64,000 nt of DNA from an uncultured virus (IMG/VR IMGVR_UViG_3300031565_000019) (Duplodnaviria > Heunggongvirae > Uroviricota > Caudoviricetes), in the IMG/VR virus record IMGVR_UViG_3300031565_000019, one strand, 5' to 3'. Shown here in pieces: positions 20,978 through 29,447 of this stretch (position 1 is the first letter of the stretch; each line of letters begins with the position of its first letter). Position numbers and translations under genes: made by a program. Below the pieces are notes generated by a model. That model did not search any database, was not told where the DNA came from, and worked only from the letters and a program-made list of their open reading frames with translations.

Positions 20978-21411
20978 AAACGATGAAAATTTCTCTGATT
21001 CTTTTAATAGCAACCTTTGCCGTTGCCTGCGGGCAGAAGGCTGATGATACCTTTGATAAAGTCATAACTTTCAACTATGGCTTCAGGTTCAGTCCGACAG
21101 GGCAAATTTATACCTCACTGCCCTCTATTGGTGCAACATATTGGAATGATGTTCTTAGCAAGCCGTTGAACTTCCCGCCCATTGCACACACGCACGACTA
21201 TACTACCGACTTGACGAAATTGCCGGGTACGATAGAATTAGCGGAAGCCATTGAACAGTTGGGATATTTACCTATCCCGGGCAAAACAACAGCAGAGATC
21301 AACGCTATTGTGGTTTCTGCGGGCAAAAGTGGGATAGTGAAAGACGCAACGCTTGATTGTTATAAAGTTTGGTCAAATGGTGCGTGGAGGATAATTCCAA
21401 CGACAAATTAA
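20956..21411 (+). CDS. putative lipoprotein/fibre-associated protein (likely start 20974 or 20983)
   Basis: Hydrophobic leader ending 'AVAC' (lipobox-like); 'W..V..KP..FPP.AHTH' fibre motif. Confidence 0.55.
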   Translation: MENISKMKTMKISLILLIATFAVACGQKADDTFDKVITFNYGFRFSPTGQIYTSLPSIGATYWNDVLSKPLNFPPIAHTHDYTTDLTKLPGTIELAEAIEQLGYLPIPGKTTAEINAIVVSAGKSGIVKDATLDCYKVWSNGAWRIIPTTN

Positions 21412-21450
21412 ATGGTTAATTACTATAATCAATGACATAACAATATCAAT

Positions 21451-21648
21451 ATGATCTACAAAGCAATCTTCACAACCGAATCCTTACCCGTGCTGGGTAG
21501 TATAATAGGAGCACTGTCACAGATAAGTAAATTCATACCCGAATGGAGTGCAGTAACTTCGCTGATAATACTAACTATCGTGGGCACCCTGACTGGTTAT
21601 GGACTCAAATTGTTATTGGATTGGCTATTTTCAAAAATTAAGAAGTGA
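21451..21648 (+). CDS. small membrane protein, putative holin
   Basis: 65 aa, hydrophobic, directly before the lysin. Confidence 0.5.
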   Translation: MIYKAIFTTESLPVLGSIIGALSQISKFIPEWSAVTSLIILTIVGTLTGYGLKLLLDWLFSKIKK

Positions 21649-22082
21649 TGATAAATCTTAATTTGGAGCGGAAATATTTTAAAGATACTTATACGATAGG
21701 CAGGTTAATGCTCGAAGGGAAATATTTCTGTGATACACTTGAGGACAAGGACATGGACTTGAATAAAGATGGAGATTTAGCCGATGAAGGGGAAGGAAAA
21801 GTATTTGGAGAAACAGCCATCCCATATGGGAGATACCATATTAAGGTAACATATAGTTCTAAATTCAAAAGATTATTACCTTTGATCCTTGATGTATGGG
21901 GATTTGTCGGGATCAGGATCCATCGGGGACGTTATCCGATTCATACTTCGGGTTGTGTGCTGGTAGGTGAAAATAAGATCAAAGGAGGCCTGATTGATTC
22001 GGCAAGTTACGAAGAACGACTAACGAAAATACTGCATAACTTTCAACTTAAAGGAGAGGATATTTATATAAATATAATTTGA
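21645..22082 (+). CDS. DUF5675-family putative endolysin
   Basis: 'YTIGRL...FCDTLED', 'TAIPYGRY' and 'GIRIH.G...TSGCVLVG'. Confidence 0.8.
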   Translation: MMINLNLERKYFKDTYTIGRLMLEGKYFCDTLEDKDMDLNKDGDLADEGEGKVFGETAIPYGRYHIKVTYSSKFKRLLPLILDVWGFVGIRIHRGRYPIHTSGCVLVGENKIKGGLIDSASYEERLTKILHNFQLKGEDIYINII

Positions 22083-22083
22083 A

Positions 22084-22281
22084 ATGACACAAGCGAATTA
22101 TATGCAGATATTAAAACAAAGTCATGAAGAAAAAATGGCAATGTTCATGAAATGCACTAAAAAGAAACTTGCAGAAATGCTTATTACTTGCAATGATCTT
22201 CTTGATAAAAAATTGTTGAATGTTCAATATATTGAGGATAGATCAGCCGAAATAACCTTTAATGATGGTTTGGACGATTAA
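22084..22281 (+). CDS. hypothetical protein
   Basis: ORF following the lysin in the same operon. Confidence 0.5.
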   Translation: MTQANYMQILKQSHEEKMAMFMKCTKKKLAEMLITCNDLLDKKLLNVQYIEDRSAEITFNDGLDD

Positions 22282-22441
22282 AAAAATAAGGAGATGAAAT
22301 GTTCAGAAGTTTATAAGTGGTATATGCGTTACAAGTCGGTAAAAACCTTTGTGTTAAAAATAATAAGTTCATTCTGGTTTTGGTTAGCAATAATTTGTTT
22401 ACTTTTACTTTTTGGTATCTTTGGATTAAAATATTTGTAAG

Positions 22442-23224
22442 ATGTGCTGGAAGAAGATTCTCGATTGCTTTAAACCTGATCCCGTTGTCCCGATAACAGG
22501 CAATAAAGTTGCTTTGCTGTTTGCCATTGATGATTATTATGGAACGCAAAATGATTTACCTGATTGTGTTCTGGACCAAACTCATGTTGCAGACTTTATT
22601 GCTAAAAACTATCCTGAATTTATAGTTAAGAAATTCAAAAACTCAGAGGTTACAAGAAACAATTTCAAGAGTGCTATTGTAGCACAGTTGGCAACTATGC
22701 AATTAGGAGACATCTTGCTTATCTATTATAGTGGACACGGGACGAATGGTCCTGATGCAAGCGAGCCTGATGGTTATAGGGAAGGACTTTATTTATATGA
22801 TGGTACTTTCTGGGATGATGAATTTACAACTATCCTACAAAACATTTCAGCAGAGGAAAAGGTCATTATTGTTCTTGATAGTTGTTTTGCTCAAGGGTCA
22901 ACTACTCCGAAGAATAGTAAGTTAAGAAAGCCGAGGTTTGTTCATACTCAGGAGATAAGAAAGAGTGCGAAAAGACTCAAGACTATCCTTAAATCAGATA
23001 CAATGGATTATATTGTATTTGCAGCCTGTCAGGAGAATCAGACATCTTCAAGTACTGGAAGAGGGGGCGTATTTACATTGCATTGGGTTGAGGCATGGAG
23101 AAGGCACTATACATATCGCCAATGGAATTATATGACAACACAATTACTGAGAGATGATAATGAAACACAGATACCAAATATTGAAGGTGATGAAAATTTG
23201 ATGGAACAAATAGTATTAACCTAA
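22442..23224 (+). CDS. caspase-family (peptidase C14, metacaspase-like) protein
   Basis: 'ALL..I..Y...L..CV.D', catalytic 'YYSGHG' and 'DSC', 'AAC..NQTS' and 'Q.P'. Confidence 0.9.
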   Translation: MCWKKILDCFKPDPVVPITGNKVALLFAIDDYYGTQNDLPDCVLDQTHVADFIAKNYPEFIVKKFKNSEVTRNNFKSAIVAQLATMQLGDILLIYYSGHGTNGPDASEPDGYREGLYLYDGTFWDDEFTTILQNISAEEKVIIVLDSCFAQGSTTPKNSKLRKPRFVHTQEIRKSAKRLKTILKSDTMDYIVFAACQENQTSSSTGRGGVFTLHWVEAWRRHYTYRQWNYMTTQLLRDDNETQIPNIEGDENLMEQIVLT

Positions 23225-23236
23225 AAATTAAAGAAA

Positions 23237-23449
23237 ATGAGTGCATTAAAAAACCTTTACAATCGGAATATTCCTACAAGGAACTTGATCTCCACAATTA
23301 CAGGCGCAGTTGTACTTGTAATATCGGGGTTCTCTTTATTTGGTATTCTTACAGCGGAACAGGCTGCAAGTCTTACTCAATATGCAACAGCTATTGTTAC
23401 AGCAGTTGCAGGAATAATTGGTTTATTTTATGTAGTTGATCCAGCATGA
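23237..23449 (+). CDS. two-TM membrane protein, putative holin
   Basis: 70 aa with two hydrophobic helices in the lysis region. Confidence 0.55.
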   Translation: MSALKNLYNRNIPTRNLISTITGAVVLVISGFSLFGILTAEQAASLTQYATAIVTAVAGIIGLFYVVDPA

Positions 23450-23898
23450 AAAAGCTATTAATCATTTTGTTTCTGGCAATAGGATTGTCAGGAATGGCGC
23501 AAAAGCCTTTAAAGGCGTTTTTAAGCCCTGTGCCGAATGACCTCTTTAATACGATACAAACTATTGACAGGGATATTACAGTTGATCAGAGGTCGTCTGT
23601 GTGGCTTCTAAGGCCATCTTTTACAATTACCGCAGTACAGTGGAACTGGGATAAGGTTGCAAAGCAATTTAATGCAACGGCTTTTCAGAGTGCAGGAATT
23701 GGAATTGGATGGAATCACTACACAGAAGTTAATGGGTTGCCTTTTAATAACTATGGTGTAAATGCGCTTTTGTTACTTGGTACTGATATTTCAGCCGGGA
23801 TAACATTTAGCGGATTAGGTATTTTCAATTTCGGTGTAGTTTATAATTTCAATCTCAAACAGCCGGGATTGCTTACAGGAATACAGATTAAATTTTAA
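23446..23898 (+). CDS. secreted beta-rich protein with terminal Phe (possible small outer-membrane protein)
   Basis: Sec leader; amphipathic beta pattern; ends 'GIQIKF'. Confidence 0.55.
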   Translation: MKKLLIILFLAIGLSGMAQKPLKAFLSPVPNDLFNTIQTIDRDITVDQRSSVWLLRPSFTITAVQWNWDKVAKQFNATAFQSAGIGIGWNHYTEVNGLPFNNYGVNALLLLGTDISAGITFSGLGIFNFGVVYNFNLKQPGLLTGIQIKF

Positions 23899-23928
23899 GT
23901 TTTTTTCATGGTTGGTTAGTTTAGGGTT

Positions 23929-23959
23929 AGGGGCAGGCGTGGTTCCCTGCTCCTTTTTT
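23929..23959 (+). terminator. Rho-independent terminator closing module 1
   Basis: AGGGGCAGG/CCTGCTCCT stem followed by a T run. Confidence 0.75.
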
Positions 23960-23960
23960 A

Positions 23961-23991
23961 TTTGTTTATATCAAAATAGTTATTATCTTTG
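23961..23991 (+). promoter_or_regulatory. Bacteroidota housekeeping-sigma promoter
   Basis: TTTG (23961-23964), 19 nt, TATCTTTG (23984-23991); matches the -33/-7 consensus. Confidence 0.8.
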
Positions 23992-24090
23992 TCATTGAAT
24001 ATAATATTCTGTGTCGGCAGAAGGAATAACGATTTAAAACCTACCGGGGAGTAAGAGCCGACACTCTGAAACTCGGTAGGTATTTTTATT

Positions 24091-24378
24091 ATGAATAAGA
24101 TTATTTATATGGATATTGAATTTAAAATACCTATTTATCCGAGCAAAAATCATGCTTATCATGGATATTATTGTGCCGACAAAATAAATACTGCTTTTAG
24201 ATTGAATAAAATTAAAAAACAACCATGCGAGATTTGTGGTAGTCTTGAACATATCGAAAAACATCACGAAGATTATAATAATCCATTAGATATAAGGTGG
24301 TTGTGTCGGGTACATCATTTGGATTTACACAAACTATTTAGACATATCAACAAACAACCTTGTTTAGAATTATTCTAA
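24091..24378 (+). CDS. HNH-like Zn-binding endonuclease
   Basis: 'PCEICG...HHEDY..PL.IRWLC..HH'. Confidence 0.7.
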   Translation: MNKIIYMDIEFKIPIYPSKNHAYHGYYCADKINTAFRLNKIKKQPCEICGSLEHIEKHHEDYNNPLDIRWLCRVHHLDLHKLFRHINKQPCLELF

Positions 24379-24465
24379 ATTAAGGAGGATATTAAAAATA
24401 ATTGATAAAATGTATTAAGAATATTAACAATACTATTTATATTTACAATATCAAAAATTATAATT

Positions 24466-24630
24466 ATGGCAGATGAAGTTGGATTAGTAGTTAAGGTTCC
24501 GAAAGACTTTGATATAAAGTTGAGAACATATTTGCTCGAATTAGAGCGAATGGGAATTAAAAAAACACGTGCAGAAATGGTAATTAAGCTTGCTATCATT
24601 GGTTTTAATACGGAAGTGAGGGACGTATGA
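24466..24630 (+). CDS. small protein, possible ribbon-helix-helix regulator (54 aa, not in ORF track)
   Basis: MADEVGLVVKVPKDFDIKLRTYLLELERMGIKKTRAEMVIKL...; strand-helix-helix pattern; ATGA overlap with the next gene. Confidence 0.5.
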   Translation: MADEVGLVVKVPKDFDIKLRTYLLELERMGIKKTRAEMVIKLAIIGFNTEVRDV

Positions 24631-24809
24631 AAACAAGTAGATTTATGGGAATGTTCGGAGCTTTACTATTAGCTTCATTAAATCCAAATACTGATGGTCC
24701 TAAATTCAGGGGGTCTAATTTTACTGTTGGTAGCTATAACCCTATATTTTTCCCAAAGCGGAAAAAGTTAAAGGGATGGATGAGAGAAAACAGACGTTTC
24801 AAACATTGA
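24627..24809 (+). CDS. hypothetical protein
   Basis: Coupled to the upstream ORF. Confidence 0.45.
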   Translation: MKTSRFMGMFGALLLASLNPNTDGPKFRGSNFTVGSYNPIFFPKRKKLKGWMRENRRFKH

Positions 24810-24875
24810 TAATATAAAAAGGGTGGAGATAGCATCAAAGCCTTCGATTGCTAAAAATAGTTCTTTGAAAAGATA

Positions 24876-25090
24876 GTTGCTGTGGCGAAAATCGAGACGC
24901 AAATACTGTGAGCAGAAGGTGAACTGCGATATTATTGATCTCAAGAGGACAAATATCAAGATTAAACAAAACTATCCGGGTAGGCTACTTGCAGGGCAGA
25001 TAAGCCGAGTAAACTGGGATGTCTTTTACCGGTGGGTGTCAACAAACCGTTGCAGGTGTAGCCAAGTACAAGCCAATCCTGCCAGCAACT
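24876..25090 (+). ncRNA. tRNA-like structured RNA with large inserts
   Basis: Perfect 7-bp GTTGCTG/CAGCAAC acceptor-like stem, T8-G9, GCG/CGC D-like arm and GCAGG/CCTGC T-like stem; 21-nt T-loop and about 150-nt central insert. Confidence 0.55.
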
Positions 25091-25406
25091 ATTCTTTTAA
25101 TCTAATTAACTGATTATGAATTTGAATTTTATATTTTATCCTTCATCAAATATTGAAATAATGAAAAAATTACTAATAATATGGATCATCATTGCCACCC
25201 TTGCGATTGCTGTTGTGGGTGCAGTGTTAGCTGTGAGGATCGAGAACAAAAATCTAATCATAAATAAACTTAATAAATAACCAATGGAAACCGCATTAAT
25301 AATATTGGGAATAGGCATCCTATTGTATGTAGGATTATGGAATCATTCAAAGTCAATTGACAGACTTGCAGATATTTTAGAAAAATATCTTAAAACCAAA
25401 TAACTA

Positions 25407-25634
25407 ATGAGCATTAATTACAGTTACGGTAATAAAGGGATAACATCCTGCACTTTCTGCAATGAAGAGTTGACGTGGGAGCATCCTGGTAAGATTGCGA
25501 AACGTGTGAGGGGCGACAAGATTTACAAAGAGACTATCTGTGATAAGTGCCTTATTGAATCTGATGAGTTTTATGAAGCTTATGTGGAAGATTGCGAGTT
25601 GAATGATTACCCGAATGATTACGATATAATTTAA
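25407..25634 (+). CDS. small Zn-finger-like hypothetical protein
   Basis: CTFC...CDKC. Confidence 0.55.
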   Translation: MSINYSYGNKGITSCTFCNEELTWEHPGKIAKRVRGDKIYKETICDKCLIESDEFYEAYVEDCELNDYPNDYDII

Positions 25635-25639
25635 AACTA

Positions 25640-25918
25640 ATGGAAACAAAAGACAAGTTAATTGAAAAACTGAAAGAGATATTTAATTATCTTAATGATA
25701 GAGCAAATACAGTAACTCTAAACTGGAGTTATTATATTGATTTACGAAAAGAGATTGCCGCTCTTGACAAGCAGGTTGAGGAGGAAAAACTGATACTTCA
25801 TGACTGGCAACATTTACCTGAAGGAAAATATAAAGACAATTCAGAATGGCATATTCCAAATAAAGATGACATGAAGCAGGTTGAGGAACAGAAATCAAAA
25901 CCAATTAAAACCAAATAA
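25640..25918 (+). CDS. hypothetical protein sharing modules with 36024-36434
   Basis: 'TKDKLIEKLKE' and 'EIAALDKQVEE' occur in both. Confidence 0.6.
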   Translation: METKDKLIEKLKEIFNYLNDRANTVTLNWSYYIDLRKEIAALDKQVEEEKLILHDWQHLPEGKYKDNSEWHIPNKDDMKQVEEQKSKPIKTK

Positions 25919-26093
25919 AATGAAAAAACTATTATTATTTCTCGTTTTACTGCTAATTTGTAGCGGTTGTGCATACCAGCGTTACCATGCGCAGAACTTC
26001 AAACCTGACCGGAAGGACAATAAAGTCAGGGATTGCAGCGTTTACGACAATGCCGATACTATGAAAGATCATTATAAGAAAAGAAACCAATGA
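25881..26093 (+). CDS. small putative lipoprotein (likely start 25920)
   Basis: MKKLLLFLVLLLICSGC lipobox-like leader. Confidence 0.55.
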   Translation: MRNRNQNQLKPNKMKKLLLFLVLLLICSGCAYQRYHAQNFKPDRKDNKVRDCSVYDNADTMKDHYKKRNQ

Positions 26094-26305
26094 AACTTGA
26101 ATTAAAAAAAGAAAAGAAATTAAAAGATATTCCACTTGGAAGCCTTTTCTTATTTAATGGCACTGTTGGATTGAAAACGGAATATCGTACAAATGGGAAA
26201 TGTGATGCGTATATTGTCGGTTCTGGTGAATATTTTTGGGGAGGAACTGATAATGCAATTGACAGAGAAAACTTGAATGTTTTTGAAATTAAGATTAAAA
26301 AATAA
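26090..26305 (+). CDS. hypothetical protein
   Basis: Coupled ORF in the early operon. Confidence 0.6.
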   Translation: MKLELKKEKKLKDIPLGSLFLFNGTVGLKTEYRTNGKCDAYIVGSGEYFWGGTDNAIDRENLNVFEIKIKK

Positions 26306-26308
26306 CCA

Positions 26309-26638
26309 ATGACAACAGACGAAAGATTAGAAAGAATGAAAAAAGTTATTGATTCCTGGTCGAGGGATCCGGAACTTAACAAATTAAGTCAATGGCTGGC
26401 ACCGACACTTGAACAACTTGGCGAGTTGCAGGAACGGTTAGGCAGAAGGATACAATCAGGTATCATGGAAGATCTGATGCGTGCTAATACCTTACAGAAA
26501 GTGGATACTATTGTTGTTGAAAACGTCTGGTATTTTGAAAGGTGGCCGGTGCTTATACGATTCGCTGCAAGGGCACGAAACAGGATTGAAAGAGTTAATA
26601 ATTTAAAATTGGCATCGTGGAAAAATCAAATGAATTAA
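26309..26638 (+). CDS. hypothetical protein
   Basis: TAACCAATG start context shared with neighbouring genes. Confidence 0.6.
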   Translation: MTTDERLERMKKVIDSWSRDPELNKLSQWLAPTLEQLGELQERLGRRIQSGIMEDLMRANTLQKVDTIVVENVWYFERWPVLIRFAARARNRIERVNNLKLASWKNQMN

Positions 26639-26639
26639 C

Positions 26640-27068
26640 ATGAATGATCTATATGACTATATTGAATATGTCCTTTGTGCTGGTGAGGGAGTTTCTCCTG
26701 AAGAGTTGCAGACAAAAACCAGGAAAGCCGAAGTTCTCTTTACCCGGCAGCTAATAATGTACTTTGCAGATGAATTCGCAATTGGTACTTATGAAATGAT
26801 CGCTTCCAGATATGGACAGGATCATGCTACACTCAACAATACGAAAAAAGTAATTAATAACTACATTGATACTGACAAATTCAAAAGAGGTAAAATATCC
26901 TATTACAGAGGTGTTTTATGTGGAGTGCAAAAGGTATCTCGGAAAATTGATGCTTTGCTTGCAATGTTTAGTGTTCTTGATAAGGAGCTTGCAGGACTTG
27001 AACAGAGGTATTTGAATTTACAGATCCTTGTTGAGAATCTTAAGACTGAATTAATAGAATTGAAATAA
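26640..27068 (+). CDS. DnaA C-terminal (domain IV)-like HTH protein
   Basis: 'L..KTRK.EV...RQL.MY...IA..YG.DHAT' resembles the DnaA DNA-binding domain. Confidence 0.75.
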   Translation: MNDLYDYIEYVLCAGEGVSPEELQTKTRKAEVLFTRQLIMYFADEFAIGTYEMIASRYGQDHATLNNTKKVINNYIDTDKFKRGKISYYRGVLCGVQKVSRKIDALLAMFSVLDKELAGLEQRYLNLQILVENLKTELIELK

Positions 27069-27116
27069 TGACCGTATTGACAATAAGGTAAAGCATTTGA
27101 AATAAACTTAAACCAA

Positions 27117-27383
27117 ATGGATCAAAAAGAAATGATTGAAAAAGTTGCTGCCGGTTTGCGGCGAATGGGTAAAAAACCGGATTATTTATTGTTTTTTAAA
27201 TTATACAGGAATGATGAATCAGTTTGGGACAATGAGGAAATCTGTGGAATAAAGGTAATTCATACGGACGAATGGCTTTCAAGAAATGATGATAAAGATT
27301 GTCCTTTTTACCCCTGCTGGAAACAAGAAGGTGAATATTCTAATGAGGTTTATGATTTCCGCAGAGGATACGATGAGGCTTAA
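27117..27383 (+). CDS. hypothetical protein
   Basis: Clean ORF with A-rich leader. Confidence 0.55.
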   Translation: MDQKEMIEKVAAGLRRMGKKPDYLLFFKLYRNDESVWDNEEICGIKVIHTDEWLSRNDDKDCPFYPCWKQEGEYSNEVYDFRRGYDEA

Positions 27384-27421
27384 AAAAATAAACAATCAAA
27401 CTACCATTAAAAGACAAAAAG

Positions 27422-27736
27422 ATGAGAAGCTATATTTATAAAAAAACAGAATTTGATCCTTTGGCCCGGACACACTATTGTCTTTATACCGTTGGATTTT
27501 ACGATATTGATGGCGGGTGGCAACCAGAATCGGATCATGATACTGCGGAACTGGCAGCGGAAAGAACAGCCTGGCTGAATGGTGTGAATCAAATTACAAA
27601 ACTCACCGCAGCAGCACCGGATTTGCTTGAAGTTTTAACTGAACTCTTTAATTTACTTGAAGAAAATGAGCCACAATGGTATTTAAAAAGTCATTATAAT
27701 CATGCAATTAAAGCAATTAAAAAAGCAACATTATGA
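27422..27736 (+). CDS. hypothetical phage protein
   Basis: 'LYTVGFY...W..ESDH...A....WLNG' and 'AAAPDLLE' are common phage early-gene motifs. Confidence 0.65.
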   Translation: MRSYIYKKTEFDPLARTHYCLYTVGFYDIDGGWQPESDHDTAELAAERTAWLNGVNQITKLTAAAPDLLEVLTELFNLLEENEPQWYLKSHYNHAIKAIKKATL

Positions 27737-27969
27737 AAATTACAAAAACGTATAACTGGAATCGCAGGGATTTTTCTTATGATGCAAGATGTGAACATTG
27801 CGGAAATGAAGAAAAATACACAGGCGGTTATGATGACGACCGTTATTACAATTGGGTAATGCCGGCCTTAAGATGTAGAAAATGCTGTGAAAGCACTAAT
27901 TCCAAACCATTGAAGGATGTGCTCAACACCGTTACTATCCCCAGGTATGATCCGGATATTGAAATGTAA
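27733..27969 (+). CDS. Zn-ribbon hypothetical protein
   Basis: 'RRDF...CEHCG...GYDD...CRKC'. Confidence 0.65.
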   Translation: MKITKTYNWNRRDFSYDARCEHCGNEEKYTGGYDDDRYYNWVMPALRCRKCCESTNSKPLKDVLNTVTIPRYDPDIEM

Positions 27970-28391
27970 CTAATTGTTAATAACATTCGTTCTTTGTTTT
28001 ATTGTTATTCAAAAGATGTTTGTATATTGCACTCGGTTTGTAAGGGATATAATACAAATGATGCAATTACAAGGTATAAGACTCTATGATCCGGCGAATA
28101 CTTCCGCCGAGAGGCTGTCGTTTGTAATCCCTTACACGCCGGACATAGGGTTTTTACATAGTTTTTCCCAGCCTGTGATTATATTGACAGGGAATCCAAA
28201 ACGGAGCAGGATAAGAAGTCTGGTGAGATAATACAAATCCAGGCAACTTGTAACTTCAAGACCTGGTCGGTAATAAACAAAGATTCAATACCAGCCTTTA
28301 CCGGGGAAGGTTGCTTCGATCCTGAGTACATTTAGAATGTAAATTGAGTAATAAAAATAAGATTACCGGGTAAAAGTTGTAACGTAACTAA

Positions 28392-28745
28392 TTGAAAGTA
28401 ACTATAAATAAACTTAAACAAATGAAAAAACTACTATTGATTTTAATATTAATTTTTGCTGGCATAATATGTCAGGCACAAGAGAAACGAATTTATTATC
28501 GTCCAGATGCTATAAGGTCTGTTATAGATGAAATGTTTGATCAAATTTATCAAAGGGTTGATTCATTGGAGAAACGAATTATAGAACTTGAAAATAACTG
28601 TTTAGTTATGGAAGTAGATTCTACTGCACATCACTATGGATCGTTTGAATATCCTGATTCATTGATTCTTAAATATGAAAAATATAATAAAATTGTTTCT
28701 TATAAAAAACTGATTATTGATGACAAGATAAAGCATTTGAAATGA
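28392..28745 (+). CDS. secreted hypothetical protein (likely start 28422)
   Basis: MKKLLLILILIFAGIICQAQ leader. Confidence 0.55.
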   Translation: MKVTINKLKQMKKLLLILILIFAGIICQAQEKRIYYRPDAIRSVIDEMFDQIYQRVDSLEKRIIELENNCLVMEVDSTAHHYGSFEYPDSLILKYEKYNKIVSYKKLIIDDKIKHLK

Positions 28746-28794
28746 TTGAGCTTTCTTTTCTTTTTCGGGGAATATTAATTAAACAATAGATAAA

Positions 28795-29217
28795 ATGGCA
28801 ATACTTGCACAGGAATTGAGAATCGGAAATTGGGTACACCATAATACTGAATGGAATTATAAGATTGGATCAAATAATACCACTGCTACGACTTTTCATG
28901 AGTTCGATTTTCAATGGGATGAAACAGACTGGTATGCTTTAGGTGAATGTACGATGTTTTTGAAAAATATTAATCCTATTCTTTTAACCAAAGAATGGCT
29001 ATTGAAGTTCGGGTTTAAATATAATGGAATGAATTGGGTTAAAGATAAATTACCAATGACTGATTTTCGTTATAATGTTAGTTTTACTTATTTCTATAAG
29101 GGCAAACTAAAGTGTAATAATATTTCTAACCCAATTAAATCTATTGAGATTGAATATGTTCACCAGTTTCAGAATCTTTATTTTGCATTAACAGGAGAAG
29201 AACTAACAGTAACGTAA
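28795..29217 (+). CDS. Bacteroidota-phage hypothetical protein
   Basis: 'ELRIGNWV', 'PI.LT.EWLLKFGF' and 'YVHQFQNLYFALTGEEL' family motifs. Confidence 0.75.
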   Translation: MAILAQELRIGNWVHHNTEWNYKIGSNNTTATTFHEFDFQWDETDWYALGECTMFLKNINPILLTKEWLLKFGFKYNGMNWVKDKLPMTDFRYNVSFTYFYKGKLKCNNISNPIKSIEIEYVHQFQNLYFALTGEELTVT

Positions 29218-29237
29218 CTAATTAAACAATAGATAAA

Positions 29238-29420
29238 ATGAGTAGTAAAGCACAATTTAAGGAAGCATTAAAAGGTGATAAGCAAATCATCAGAGAACTC
29301 AAAAAAGAAAATGCAAAATTACAGGAAAGACTTGAGTTAAGAGCAAAAATTATTGATATTCAGCACCATCAACTTTTGGAAAGATTGGAAAAGAAACGCT
29401 GGTGGCAGTTCTGGAAATAA
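29238..29420 (+). CDS. small coiled-coil protein with 'KKRWWQFWK' tail
   Basis: ORF with characteristic aromatic/basic C-terminus. Confidence 0.6.
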   Translation: MSSKAQFKEALKGDKQIIRELKKENAKLQERLELRAKIIDIQHHQLLERLEKKRWWQFWK

Positions 29421-29447
29421 CTATAAATAACCTTAATAAATAAACCA

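Noticed and set aside
24877..25113. 78-aa ORF with TTG start
   Set aside because: It coincides with the tRNA-like fold and lacks the typical start context.
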